A stretch of DNA of 64,000 nt, taken from positions 1-64,000 of IMG/VR virus record IMGVR_UViG_3300028792_000003. The stretch is one strand, 5' to 3'. Source of the DNA: a virus. Its lineage: Duplodnaviria > Caudoviricetes. Under the pieces are notes generated by a model. That model was not told where the DNA came from. It made no database searches and saw only the letters and a program-made list of their open reading frames with translations. Positions 8,789-18,649 of the stretch are shown here, one piece after another (position 1 is the stretch's first letter; every line of letters starts with the position of its first letter). Both the position numbers and the translations under genes were made by a program.

Positions 8789-11701
8789 ATGACCGTCACT
8801 AAGAAGAAGCACACGCCCAAGAAGCACGCACCTCAGACCGCCAGGCCGAACCCGCCGTCTGCGAACCCGACCAACGGGCTGGAGAGCCTCTTCCTCGTCG
8901 GCAGGAAACTCAACCAGTCCGAGATCGGGGCCGTGCTGTCTGCCGACGTGTCCCTGTCGATGTCGCAGATCTCTCAGATTCAGTTCAAGTTCTACGATCC
9001 GCACTTCGCCCTGCTGGAGAACGGCCTGCTGTTGCCCAACGCACGGGTCGATCTGGGCAAAGACCTGATCATGCGGGTGTCCAGCACGAACACCGTGGAC
9101 ATGGGCAACGGAGACACCGGACTGGACATCGCCTGCCGTCCCGACGCGGTGCGGAAGTTGAAGGCTGCTCAGGGAAGCCTGGTGCTGAAGAACGTCAGCC
9201 CATCGCAGTTCGTCGTGCACGAGTGCAACCGGCTGGGAATCAAGCACAAGGTCCAGCCGTCCCAGAAGCGCGATGTCGTGCACCGCGACCAGAAGGTGCC
9301 TGGCACGCACTACGGACCTACCTCCGGCAACGCACTGCCGTCGTCGTGGTCCACCTTCCAGCGGCTGGCGCAGGAACTGGGCTTCGTCTGCTTCGAGTCG
9401 TTCGGTTACGTCTACTTCGGAAAGCCCACCTGGTTCGTGGCGCAGTTCGAGAACGACGCCATGGAGGTGTACTGGGACACCGGCCCGGTAGCCAACCGGA
9501 ACCCCTACGTACCCGAGTGCCACCGGACACTGGACGGCGAACTGAAAACCGTCAACGTGGTGGTGCCCTACGAGCGGTGGAAGGAGTGCAGGCCCGGACG
9601 CACGTTCAAGTTGCATGGGGTTCCGTACTTCGACAGGGACAACTACATCATCAGCGAGGTGTCGTACGACCTCACCGGGCGCTCACGGCAGATCAATGTC
9701 ACCGCCACGATCCCGGTCAACCCGAAGAAGGACGCAGCGCTGTTTGCCACCTCTCCGGACGGGCTGGCTGCCTACACGCAGGGCAACTCGTTGCGGGCGC
9801 TGTGCCAGTGGGCCGGATGGCGGGGCCAAGACCTGAACATCGCAGTCGCCGTGGCAACCGCAGAGTCCAAGGGCAACGCCCGCGCACTGGGTGACACGAC
9901 GATCACCACTCCCAAGTGGGGGCCGTCTGTCGGTCTGTTCCAGATCAGGACGCTGAAGCATCCGGGCGACTACAGCGGAGTAGATGCCAAGCGCGTCTAC
10001 TCGAAGTTGTTCGATGCGGAGTACAACGCTCAGTTGGCGCACTCGATCTGGAAGAAGGACGGCTGGCGACCCTGGAGCACCTACACATCGGGTGCCTACA
10101 AGCAGTACCTGGGCAAAGACCGGGAGATCACCGGCTGGACCAACACGCACACAGCACCCAAGATTCCGGGTACCGACGCAGCCAACGCCTCCGGACCCGG
10201 GCGCATCGGAGACAAGACGTCCGACACGTTCGTGCGGGTCGCGCTGCAACAGGCGGGCGATCAGTACATCTTCGGAACCGAGGTCAGCCTGTCTGACAGC
10301 AACCCGGACGCCTTCGATTGCTGCCTGACCGGAGACAGCATGGTGTCTACCACGACGGGTCCGGTGCGGATTGACGAAGTGCAGCCCGGGATGGAGGTCT
10401 TCACCTGGGACGACGGCAAGATGCTCACGAACAGAGTTGTGGCTCAGAAGAAGCAGAAGAAGCAGACCGTCTACAGGGTGCGTACTCGTAATAGGTCGAT
10501 CCGAGCATCCGCGAACCACCCGTTCATGGTCCTGCGCAAGCAGCCGCGCAAGCGCAGTCCCCAGGGCAGTTGGCTACCGGTCGAGTGGGTGCCCGAATGG
10601 ACCAGGGTCGATGCCCTTCAGCGTGGTGACGTTATGGTGACAGCCAAGTCGATTCCGATGCCTGTCTTCGAGTGTGTTCTGTCCGATGGAACTCCGGTGG
10701 ACGAAGACGTCGCGTGGTTGCTTGGCCTGTTCATCGGTGACGGACACATCCCGCCGAGGAACCCACGCGTGTGCGTCTACGGGGAGACCAGGAAGCGTGC
10801 TGCGCAGATCGTCCGGGACAAGTGGGGGGCGAACTCCACGGAGCACGAGGTGCACGGGCTAATCATCCATTCAGCACATCTGGCCCGGGTACTGATTGGC
10901 GCGCTCGGCAGCGAGAAGGCACGTACGAAGCGAGTACCTGCCAGCACGTCTCTGCTAGGGCCGGAACTGATCCGGGCGTTCTGCGCTGGCTATGCAGACG
11001 CGGATGGGCATCTGGACAAGCGCGGCTACCAGTCGTACGCATCGGCTTCTCGTGATCTGGTGGCCGGGGTCCGTAGCCTGCACGTCATGCTCGGTGACTC
11101 GGTGTCGAACATCAGCACCAACTTCCGCAAGAAGCCCATCGTGATCAACGGCAAACTGGTGAAGGATGCCGCTCCACTGCACACGTTCCAGGTGTACCCG
11201 GACAGCAACCGCCAGGGGCAGAAGTTGCTGGACGTCTACGGCGCTCGTCGGGCGTTGCCGGACGAGAACTTCAGCGTCGAAACTCTGCTGTCTGTCGAGG
11301 AAGACGGATATGAGGACACTTACGATCTTCAGATCGAAGGGACCGAGAACTTCATCGCTGATGGCTACCTGGTTCACAATTCCGAACTGGTCCAGTGGGC
11401 TGCTGCCCGTGCCGGAGTGAAGGTTCCGGACGGGTCTTCTGCGCAGCGGTCATTCTGCAAGAAGGTCACCGTCGAAAAGGCCATCAACACACGAGGAGCG
11501 TTGCTCTTCCACCCTGGGCACGTGGCGATCAGCCTGGGCAACGGTCGCACCATCGAAGCGGCGAACTCCCGGGTCGGTGTGGTGTCCTATTCAGCGCGAG
11601 GCAGGTTCGAGGCTGGGGGTCTGATCCCGGGCATGCACTACGGCAGAACGATCATCTCCAACACCGCCCACGGCAGCAAGTTCCACAACCCAGGAGTGTG
11701 A
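8789..11701 (+). CDS. Baseplate hub / tail-associated lysin: hub domain + lysozyme-like transglycosylase + intein-split NlpC/P60
   Basis: 'AVAVATAES.GNARA...GLFQI...W.PWSTY' transglycosylase; 'GDQYIFG...FDC/SELV..A...GALLF..GHVAI.LGNG..IEA' NlpC/P60. Confidence 0.85.
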   Translation: MTVTKKKHTPKKHAPQTARPNPPSANPTNGLESLFLVGRKLNQSEIGAVLSADVSLSMSQISQIQFKFYDPHFALLENGLLLPNARVDLGKDLIMRVSSTNTVDMGNGDTGLDIACRPDAVRKLKAAQGSLVLKNVSPSQFVVHECNRLGIKHKVQPSQKRDVVHRDQKVPGTHYGPTSGNALPSSWSTFQRLAQELGFVCFESFGYVYFGKPTWFVAQFENDAMEVYWDTGPVANRNPYVPECHRTLDGELKTVNVVVPYERWKECRPGRTFKLHGVPYFDRDNYIISEVSYDLTGRSRQINVTATIPVNPKKDAALFATSPDGLAAYTQGNSLRALCQWAGWRGQDLNIAVAVATAESKGNARALGDTTITTPKWGPSVGLFQIRTLKHPGDYSGVDAKRVYSKLFDAEYNAQLAHSIWKKDGWRPWSTYTSGAYKQYLGKDREITGWTNTHTAPKIPGTDAANASGPGRIGDKTSDTFVRVALQQAGDQYIFGTEVSLSDSNPDAFDCCLTGDSMVSTTTGPVRIDEVQPGMEVFTWDDGKMLTNRVVAQKKQKKQTVYRVRTRNRSIRASANHPFMVLRKQPRKRSPQGSWLPVEWVPEWTRVDALQRGDVMVTAKSIPMPVFECVLSDGTPVDEDVAWLLGLFIGDGHIPPRNPRVCVYGETRKRAAQIVRDKWGANSTEHEVHGLIIHSAHLARVLIGALGSEKARTKRVPASTSLLGPELIRAFCAGYADADGHLDKRGYQSYASASRDLVAGVRSLHVMLGDSVSNISTNFRKKPIVINGKLVKDAAPLHTFQVYPDSNRQGQKLLDVYGARRALPDENFSVETLLSVEEDGYEDTYDLQIEGTENFIADGYLVHNSELVQWAAARAGVKVPDGSSAQRSFCKKVTVEKAINTRGALLFHPGHVAISLGNGRTIEAANSRVGVVSYSARGRFEAGGLIPGMHYGRTIISNTAHGSKFHNPGV
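10322..11380 (+). mobile_element. Intein (353 aa) with LAGLIDADG homing endonuclease, in the NlpC/P60 DC|S motif
   Basis: Starts CLTGDS; block B 'ASANHPF'; 'WLLGLFIGDG' and 'FCAGYADADG'; ends 'TYDLQIEGTENFIADGYLVHN'; +1 residue Ser. Confidence 0.95.
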
Positions 11702-11708
11702 GCACCCG

Positions 11709-11900
11709 ATGATGCACAGAGCGAAGATCACCCGCGTCAACAGCACGGACGGACTCGTCTGGTTCGAGGTGCCCGACCTGGCAGTGGGACGGGACTACGG
11801 ACCGTCGCCGTGGCTGGGCACGGAAACGGTGGGAGCCTTCGTGATCGTGGGCCAGGTCGGCATCGCCCCGGAGAACCTGATCATCCTCCGGGTGTTGTGA
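11709..11900 (+). CDS. Small baseplate protein (spike OB-fold-like)
   Basis: 63 aa, beta-rich; between the hub and the gp25-like gene. Confidence 0.45.
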   Translation: MMHRAKITRVNSTDGLVWFEVPDLAVGRDYGPSPWLGTETVGAFVIVGQVGIAPENLIILRVL

Positions 11901-11938
11901 TGACGGCTGCACTGACCTCCCGGCTCTAGGATTTCCGT

Positions 11939-12310
11939 ATGCCATCGACCAACTTGATCTCGTACCCGTTCCGCCTGGGGGTGAGCGGGAACGTCGTCGT
12001 ACGCGCGGACGACAGCGACAACTACTACGCGGAAGAACTAGCAGTTCTCACACTTACGGTTCCTGGAGAGCGCCCTCTGGTGCCGGAGTACGGGTTGGAA
12101 GACCCCACGTTCGGGGACTTTCTCCAGGAAGAACTGACCGCCAAGGTAGACATGTTCGGCCCGCCCGTCACTATCCAGGGAGTCAACACCCGGTTCCCCC
12201 GGGACGGCGTGCTGGAAGTCACGGTTGCGTTCGACAGCCAGGAGACGTCCTTCTCGTACTTCGATGACGACGACGATGTGCTCACCGACGAAGAAGACCA
12301 GGGGGTCTGA
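11939..12310 (+). CDS. Baseplate wedge protein (gp25/GpW-like)
   Basis: 'LTVPGERPLVPEYG' gp25-like motif. Confidence 0.8.
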   Translation: MPSTNLISYPFRLGVSGNVVVRADDSDNYYAEELAVLTLTVPGERPLVPEYGLEDPTFGDFLQEELTAKVDMFGPPVTIQGVNTRFPRDGVLEVTVAFDSQETSFSYFDDDDDVLTDEEDQGV

Positions 12311-12313
12311 CTT

Positions 12314-13789
12314 ATGCCATCGCCTGATTACTCTCCCTACATCGACCTGACGATCTACGACCGGGACACGCAGGGCATCTACGACGACGCCGTGGCGCTG
12401 ATCCAGCAGACTCTGCCGGACTGGCAGCCGCGCGAGGGCAACACCGAAGTGGTGCTGCTCGAAGCAGTCGCGCAGGAAGTCTCTGAGATCGTCTACGCGA
12501 TCAACCGGCTTCCTGACGGGATCATGGAGGCACTGCTCCAGTTCTTCCAGATCAGCCGCGATTTCGGTGCTGCGCCCACCTGTGACGTGATGTTCCACAT
12601 GGCCGGTACGGACGGGTACACCATCCCCGAGGGAACCCGCGTATCAGTGGCGGTGGAAGGCCAGTCGGACGCGATCATCTTCTACACCGATGTCGAACTC
12701 ACAGTGAACCCCGGGTCCAGCACCGGCACGGTCAGCGCCACTGCCCTGGACTACACCGACATTGCCAACGGCATCGCGTCCGGCACCCAGGTAGAGATCC
12801 TGGACTCGATCATCTACGCGGACTACGCGACCCTGAACAGCACGGTCATCGGAGGCCGCACCAGCGAAGGGGATGACGACTACATCGAACGAGGCGTGAA
12901 CCGCTTCAACCGGCTGTCCTCGACATTGGTACTGCCGTCTGACTTCGAGTCGGCCGCACTGGAGAACCCCGGTGTCACCCGGGCCAAGGCGCTGGACATG
13001 TTCGCCTTGATCGGAATCGACGGGCCTGCACTTACGACGGCGACTCCGGCTACTACGGGCGGCACGCTTGCTGCTGGTACGTACTACTACGCGGTGTCTG
13101 TCTACAACGTCAACGGGGAGAGCACCCCAGCCACACCCACGACGGCCACTACCACCGGCACCACCGGCCAGGTGACGTTGACGTGGGCTGCTCCCTCGGT
13201 TCCGTACGGCGTCCCTGCGATCACGGGCTACTACGTCTACCGAGGCACCGCGTCGAACAACCTGAAGCAGATCGCTACCGTCGCAGCAGGAACGCTCACC
13301 TACGTGGACACCGGCAGTGCCGGGACCACGGACCCGCCGACCAGCAACACAACGGGACCGGCCTACCCAGGCAGCCTCCCGGGGCACGTGCTGGTTGTTC
13401 TGTACGGTCCCGACGGTCCGGTGACCACCAGCACGAAGAGCCAGGTTCAGTCCGTCTTCGATGCTTCTAGCGCAGCGATTCTGGATGCCAAGGTAGGAGA
13501 CCCCCAGATCGTCACCCAGAACGTCACCGTCACGGTCCGGGCACTCCCGGGCTGGGACACCGCAGACGTCACGGACAACATCACCGCCGACCTGACGACC
13601 TACCTCAGCCCCCAGGTGTGGTCCTGGGAGGGAGTCATCCGCCGCTACGAACTGATCCAGTTGATCAGCAACAGCGAGGGCGTCGATTTCGTGGAAACCC
13701 TGACCACTCCTTCGGGCGACGTGTACATGGACGGCTACGCCCCGCTGCCGCAGTTGGGCATTGCCACTGTCACTGTGAACAGCGCGTGA
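12314..13789 (+). CDS. Baseplate J-like protein with an inserted fibronectin-III-like domain
   Basis: 'LPDWQPREGNTEVVLLEA', 'GGRTSE.DDDYIER'; FN3-like insert 'YYYAVS...VTLTW...ITGYYVYRG...TYVDTG'. Confidence 0.85.
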   Translation: MPSPDYSPYIDLTIYDRDTQGIYDDAVALIQQTLPDWQPREGNTEVVLLEAVAQEVSEIVYAINRLPDGIMEALLQFFQISRDFGAAPTCDVMFHMAGTDGYTIPEGTRVSVAVEGQSDAIIFYTDVELTVNPGSSTGTVSATALDYTDIANGIASGTQVEILDSIIYADYATLNSTVIGGRTSEGDDDYIERGVNRFNRLSSTLVLPSDFESAALENPGVTRAKALDMFALIGIDGPALTTATPATTGGTLAAGTYYYAVSVYNVNGESTPATPTTATTTGTTGQVTLTWAAPSVPYGVPAITGYYVYRGTASNNLKQIATVAAGTLTYVDTGSAGTTDPPTSNTTGPAYPGSLPGHVLVVLYGPDGPVTTSTKSQVQSVFDASSAAILDAKVGDPQIVTQNVTVTVRALPGWDTADVTDNITADLTTYLSPQVWSWEGVIRRYELIQLISNSEGVDFVETLTTPSGDVYMDGYAPLPQLGIATVTVNSA

Positions 13790-13801
13790 GAGGGGCAGAT
13801 C

Positions 13802-14983
13802 ATGAATGAGCCGATCTACTCCGAGACCACGGAGCGCATCTACCGCGACCTGCCTAGCCACTACCGGGTTGCGGACATCGGCAACGACTACGCGTTGAAG
13901 CGATGGCTAGCCGGAGTGACAGAGCAGCAGGGCAAGTTGGAGACTCTATTCAACCGCTTCGACTACATTCCGCCAGATGACGCGCGCGGTGTGTCATCCG
14001 TCAGCGAACTCGTTGACCCGGCAACGATGGACAGCGCGTGGTTGGACTGGCGAGCGCAGTTCAGCGGTCTTCAATACCCGGCGAACACGACCGCTACCAA
14101 GAAGCGGCAGTTGCTCATGGGAAGCAACATGGACCGGGGCACCCTGACGACGATCCGGAACGCTGCCAAGTCCTGCCTGGTCGGAGATCAGTACGTAGGC
14201 GTCTACCCACGCACCACGTCCAACGGCGATGTCGGAATGGCCACCCCGTGGGACATCACCATCGTCACCAAGGCCACCGAGTCGATCCACCAGTATCTGC
14301 CGCTGCGCTATACGACATCAGCCAACCCGTCGTCCTGGCACTGGCACGGTGGTGCTGCTGAGATCCCTGCCCTGGTGGTCAGCAAGCCGGAGTCAGACGG
14401 GATCTACAACAACAGGGCACTCAGGGTCGCCTGCGACAACACGTACCGTGACCTGACCGGGGAAATGCGCGACCCCACCAACATCTTCGAGCAGATCATC
14501 GTGCCTGCCAGCGCAGACATCACGGTATCGATGCTGGTGGAAGCGCAGAACCCGGACATGCAGGTCAATCTCGGAGTGTCCTACTACGACGCAGTGGGCA
14601 CCTACCTGGACTTCGACTACGTGGTGCCGGAGGACTCTTGGACGGCACCGGTTGGGCACATGGGAAAGATCAGCGGGACGATCACCACCCCGGTTGATTG
14701 CTCCCGGATCATCATGCAGGCATCCGTAGGAGGTACCGGCCTGGTCGAAGGGGCCTGGATCGACTACGCAGAGCCAGGTGTCGTTGACGGCACCACGAAC
14801 GACTGGCTCCCGCAGACTTCAGATCCGGTGCAAACGGTGATCGACCTGAATGCCAAGCCTGCGGGTGTGAAGTTGTATCACGAGTCGTTCTCCGCTGACT
14901 GGGCGTCAATCATGGCAGCGTTCCCGACCTGGGCCGACTGGAATGCTCACACCTGGGCAAAGATCATGGAAGGTGGCTTGTAG
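13802..14983 (+). CDS. Baseplate/tail protein (P2 gpI-like) with a carbohydrate-binding-like insert
   Basis: 'LVDP...AWLDW.AQF.G', 'RGT', 'KPAGV' gpI-type motifs. Confidence 0.7.
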   Translation: MNEPIYSETTERIYRDLPSHYRVADIGNDYALKRWLAGVTEQQGKLETLFNRFDYIPPDDARGVSSVSELVDPATMDSAWLDWRAQFSGLQYPANTTATKKRQLLMGSNMDRGTLTTIRNAAKSCLVGDQYVGVYPRTTSNGDVGMATPWDITIVTKATESIHQYLPLRYTTSANPSSWHWHGGAAEIPALVVSKPESDGIYNNRALRVACDNTYRDLTGEMRDPTNIFEQIIVPASADITVSMLVEAQNPDMQVNLGVSYYDAVGTYLDFDYVVPEDSWTAPVGHMGKISGTITTPVDCSRIIMQASVGGTGLVEGAWIDYAEPGVVDGTTNDWLPQTSDPVQTVIDLNAKPAGVKLYHESFSADWASIMAAFPTWADWNAHTWAKIMEGGL

Positions 14984-14985
14984 CC

Positions 14986-15951
14986 ATGACAGAAACACGG
15001 ACCGCTCGACTCAGTTTGCCGAACTGGGGTGCCGACACCGACAGCCCGTCCCGTGCGGACTTCGATGAAGCGTTCAACAACCTGGAGCAGTGGACCGCCA
15101 TCGACCTGATGGACGACGTGCTGGCGAACCGGCCTGCTCCGGAAGTGCGAGGCAGGTACTTCCGGGCCACGGACACCAATGCTGTCTACCGGGACACCGG
15201 CACGGCCTGGCGGCTGATCGGCCAGTACATCGAGGATGCCGTCGTACGGCCTTCTGCCGCTGGCACTGTCGGCCTGACGATCAAGGGGCAGTTCAACCAG
15301 ACCGCGAACCTGTTCGAGATCAGGGACACCCTGGGCATCGTGCTGGGCTACGTCACGGCAACGGGTCAGTTCTTCGCACCTTCCGCGAAGATCGGAATCG
15401 CCTCTCCGGCCAACACTGCCGTGGTGGCGCTCGGTACTACCAACCCCGGTGCGAGCCTGATAACGATGAAGGCTGGTGCCTCACCGACCGTCGATCTGAT
15501 TCAGTTGCAGGACTCGACCGGGGCCGTCATCTTCAAGGTGGACAAGGACGCCAACGTCCAGGCAGCCGGGTACAAACTCGCTAACGGCGTCGCACTTGAC
15601 ACCATCGAGGCGTTCTCGTTCTACAGCAGCGGCACGATGGCGGTGCAGACCGGCAAGCACGAGGTGCCGCTTCCGGTTGGCTACCAGTTGGTGTCGGTGT
15701 CTGCTCGGGTCAGCACTGCTCCTTCGGGTGCTGCCATCCTGATCGACATCAACTACAACGGTGCAACTGTCTACACGACACAGGCCAACCGAGTCACCAT
15801 CGCGGACGGCCAGAAGAACGCCACGGTCAGTGCAGCGCAGGTGACGACGTTCGCTTCTGGCGGCTACCTGTCGGTGGACATCGACCAGGTGGGCAGCAGC
15901 ACCCCGGGCAGCGATCTGGTGCTCTTGATGCGACTGCGCAGGACTTCCTGA
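14986..15951 (+). CDS. Tail fibre protein
   Basis: N-terminal 'T.RLSLP.W' fibre anchor; 'GRYF.ATDT..VY.DTG..W' motif. Confidence 0.7.
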   Translation: MTETRTARLSLPNWGADTDSPSRADFDEAFNNLEQWTAIDLMDDVLANRPAPEVRGRYFRATDTNAVYRDTGTAWRLIGQYIEDAVVRPSAAGTVGLTIKGQFNQTANLFEIRDTLGIVLGYVTATGQFFAPSAKIGIASPANTAVVALGTTNPGASLITMKAGASPTVDLIQLQDSTGAVIFKVDKDANVQAAGYKLANGVALDTIEAFSFYSSGTMAVQTGKHEVPLPVGYQLVSVSARVSTAPSGAAILIDINYNGATVYTTQANRVTIADGQKNATVSAAQVTTFASGGYLSVDIDQVGSSTPGSDLVLLMRLRRTS

Positions 15952-16835
15952 TGGCTACGGTCGTTGACAGTTTCGACGGCGCTAACGGAACCCCACTCGG
16001 TGTGATCCCGGGTACGAGTCTGCAATGGACCCCAGTGTCCGGCACCGGCTGGGTCTACCAAAACAGCAAGGCAGTCTGCAACAACCCAATCGACTCCAAC
16101 TCGCTGGTGGTGGTCGATCTGTCCACCCAGAACTACGAGGTTTCCTGCGACATCGGCAGCGGAGGAGGCGCTCTGTACTTCCGGGTGCAGGGCAGTGGCA
16201 ACTGGTTGCGGCTCCGACAGCGGTACTACGTAACCAGCAGCACCTACACGTACTACGTCACGCAGTACCAGTGGGCGGGTTACTACACGCACGCGGCTAT
16301 TGCAGGAGCCGTCAACCCCTCTGCCTACTACTACTACTCCGGATACATTGACGACGGCAGCCAGCCAGCAGGATATCCGCCGTCGTCTGTGACTGTTTCT
16401 CACCAGCATGATTCAGAAAACAACGGCTCCTATGAACTGTCGCACTCACACTCCTTCTTCGCGCAGGTGTCAGGTGGGTTCCCACAGTGGATCAAGCAGA
16501 CCACCAACTACAGTTACCCTCCGCAGCAAGTGCAGCGCAGCGGCACGACATACAACTACTACTACAACGTCTACTTGGAGAAGTGCGTCAACTACGGGAT
16601 CTCCACCGTGCACAACTACTCCGGCTACTGGCTATCGAACCTGCGCGTGCTGTGCCAGGGGCAGGACATCTCTGTCTACTTCAACGACTCGTTCGTCAAC
16701 CAGGTCACGGTGCCGGAGTTCGCCAACGCCACCAAGGCCGGGGTTGGTTTTGGCTACAGCGAGAATGGCACCCCTAGCCTGGATAACTTCACCGCGACGT
16801 ACACCAAGCCACAGGGATGGGGAGTCCCCATCTAG
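15951..16835 (+). CDS. Putative receptor-binding protein, Tyr/Asn-rich, with HxH motifs
   Basis: TGATG overlap with the fibre gene; beta-rich lectin-like ends; central aromatic insert with HQH and HSH. Confidence 0.55.
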   Translation: MATVVDSFDGANGTPLGVIPGTSLQWTPVSGTGWVYQNSKAVCNNPIDSNSLVVVDLSTQNYEVSCDIGSGGGALYFRVQGSGNWLRLRQRYYVTSSTYTYYVTQYQWAGYYTHAAIAGAVNPSAYYYYSGYIDDGSQPAGYPPSSVTVSHQHDSENNGSYELSHSHSFFAQVSGGFPQWIKQTTNYSYPPQQVQRSGTTYNYYYNVYLEKCVNYGISTVHNYSGYWLSNLRVLCQGQDISVYFNDSFVNQVTVPEFANATKAGVGFGYSENGTPSLDNFTATYTKPQGWGVPI

Positions 16836-17031
16836 AACAGCAAGTCGAACAAGCCGACGCACGGGCACTTGGAAGCAGCGCACTCCCTGGGCAGAGAGTC
16901 ACGGCAGAACCAAACGGTTCCTGTCTCGTTGATCAACCTGCACAGCGAGTCGCTAGGAGAAGGAATGGGACGTGCATCGAAGACAATGGACTCCTACGCA
17001 GCAGACGTAGGACCGAACCGACAGGGGAACC

Positions 17032-17280
17032 ATGACAGGCCGCAGGAAGAAGAGCCAGGGGGAGCCGGTCTGGAATGTGATCCGGCTGGTTCTGCTCTCC
17101 ATCATCACGGTGATGTGGGTAACGAACTGGCTCATGGGTCTGGCATCCAAGTCGGGTCTGATTCACACGAACTTCGAGCCGGACCCGACCGTCAACGCAG
17201 TGTTCACCTTGGTGGCCGGTGTGGTGTTCGCCTCCAAGCAGAAGATCGGCAAGAGCGATGACGATGATCACGCCGAGTGA
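17032..17280 (+). CDS. Two-TM membrane protein (holin-like)
   Basis: Two hydrophobic segments, charged termini; located after the tail genes. Confidence 0.5.
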   Translation: MTGRRKKSQGEPVWNVIRLVLLSIITVMWVTNWLMGLASKSGLIHTNFEPDPTVNAVFTLVAGVVFASKQKIGKSDDDDHAE

Positions 17281-17770
17281 CATGAACTGGTTCACAGCAT
17301 CGGTCGCCTGGTCGATCATCGGTTTCATTACAGGAATGGCGGTTGGATACATGCTTCCTCGACCTAGCAAGATCAAGGTGGGCAAGATCAAGGACCAAGC
17401 CTGGTTCCGGCAGTGGAACGTGATCGTCGGCGTGCTGTTCGTCTTCCTCGCCGTCTCTTCGATCATCCAGGGCGTGATGGTGTCCGGGCTGTCCGACCGG
17501 GCTGACGCGTGCCGGGCCAGCAACATCGAGGACTTGCAGCAGTACGTGAGCAAGTCTGCGCTGTACGACCACCTGGACACGCTGGCCCTGAAGAAGAGCA
17601 GCAGGCAGTCGAAGCACCTGTTCAAGTTGTTCGAGCGGGGCAAGATCGCGGAGGCACAGCGTCTCCAGCAGCAGGTCACTGATGACTACTTCAAGACCCG
17701 CCTGCACATTGATGTCCTTCGGGAGAATCTGAAGGCGACTACCCAACTGGAGAAGTGCAGCAGCCGGTAG
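17258..17770 (+). CDS. Membrane protein with C-terminal helical domain (lysis accessory?)
   Basis: Two TM segments then a coiled coil flanked by Cys; start codon uncertain (17258/17264/17282). Confidence 0.45.
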   Translation: MTMITPSDMNWFTASVAWSIIGFITGMAVGYMLPRPSKIKVGKIKDQAWFRQWNVIVGVLFVFLAVSSIIQGVMVSGLSDRADACRASNIEDLQQYVSKSALYDHLDTLALKKSSRQSKHLFKLFERGKIAEAQRLQQQVTDDYFKTRLHIDVLRENLKATTQLEKCSSR

Positions 17771-17815
17771 CCGGGTAGAACAAGAGACTGCACAACTGGG
17801 GAAGGGAACAAAACC

Positions 17816-18133
17816 ATGATGCGTGACATGATCATCGCCGGTATCCGTACCGGAGTGGCCTCCGTGGTGGGACTGGCCATCACACTTCTGATCCACTGGA
17901 ACATCGAGGTGCCCGCTGGTTTCGACCAGGCACTGACCGCCGTTCTGTTCGGTGGCGTGGTGGTGCTGTACAACCTGCTGGTGTCCTTCCTGGAGCGGAA
18001 GGTCAGCCCGGCGTTCGGCGTGCTGCTCGGCATCCCGAAGGCTCCGAAGTACGACGTAGTGCCGGGACAGGTCATCCAGTCCCACGAGGCGCCCTACGAG
18101 TACATGAAGACAGTTCCTCATACCGGCAAGTGA
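17816..18133 (+). CDS. Putative holin
   Basis: Two TMs; 'YNLLV..LE.K.SP.FG.LLG.PK.P.Y' resembles actinophage holins. Confidence 0.65.
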   Translation: MMRDMIIAGIRTGVASVVGLAITLLIHWNIEVPAGFDQALTAVLFGGVVVLYNLLVSFLERKVSPAFGVLLGIPKAPKYDVVPGQVIQSHEAPYEYMKTVPHTGK

Positions 18134-18181
18134 ACTAGCACGACCAACAGCAGCACCCACAACTGGAGGGCAGCAGTACCC

Positions 18182-18649
18182 ATGCGACAGGACAGGCGCG
18201 AACGCTGGACCAGGATGCATCTCTTGCGGCTGCACGGGTGGAAGGCGATCATCATCGGCTGGCTGATGTTCTGGACGGGTGGACCTTCCCAGTTGGAGGT
18301 CACCGTCGGTCCCTGGACCCGGCTGGTTCTCGGTGGGATGGCGTTCTTCGCTGGGGTACTGCTGCTCTCCGGGCTGAACCGGGAGAAGACCGGCTACACC
18401 CGGGAGGCTGTCGGTATCTTCGCCATCGGTCTGTGGGACGCGGCCATGATGCTGGCGGTGGCGTTCAGCATGTCGGTTCGGGGAGTGCACCTCTACTGGC
18501 CAGGCCAGACGGTGCCTCTGACGGCACCACGGCCCTATGGGGCGGTGCTGTACCTGGCGCTGACCATGATGGTCTGGGGAGTCCACCTGAAGGCGGTGCT
18601 GTCGGACAGACGGATCGGCAGGCGTCGCAACCCGGGAGTGAACCGGTAG
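18182..18649 (+). CDS. Four-TM membrane protein
   Basis: Four hydrophobic segments; last gene of the lysis-like cluster. Confidence 0.55.
   Translation: MRQDRRERWTRMHLLRLHGWKAIIIGWLMFWTGGPSQLEVTVGPWTRLVLGGMAFFAGVLLLSGLNREKTGYTREAVGIFAIGLWDAAMMLAVAFSMSVRGVHLYWPGQTVPLTAPRPYGAVLYLALTMMVWGVHLKAVLSDRRIGRRRNPGVNR

Noticed and set aside
16220-16630. TAC/AAC-rich segment as a diversity-generating retroelement variable region
   Set aside because: No reverse transcriptase and no adenine-mismatched template repeat seen in the window. They could lie outside it.
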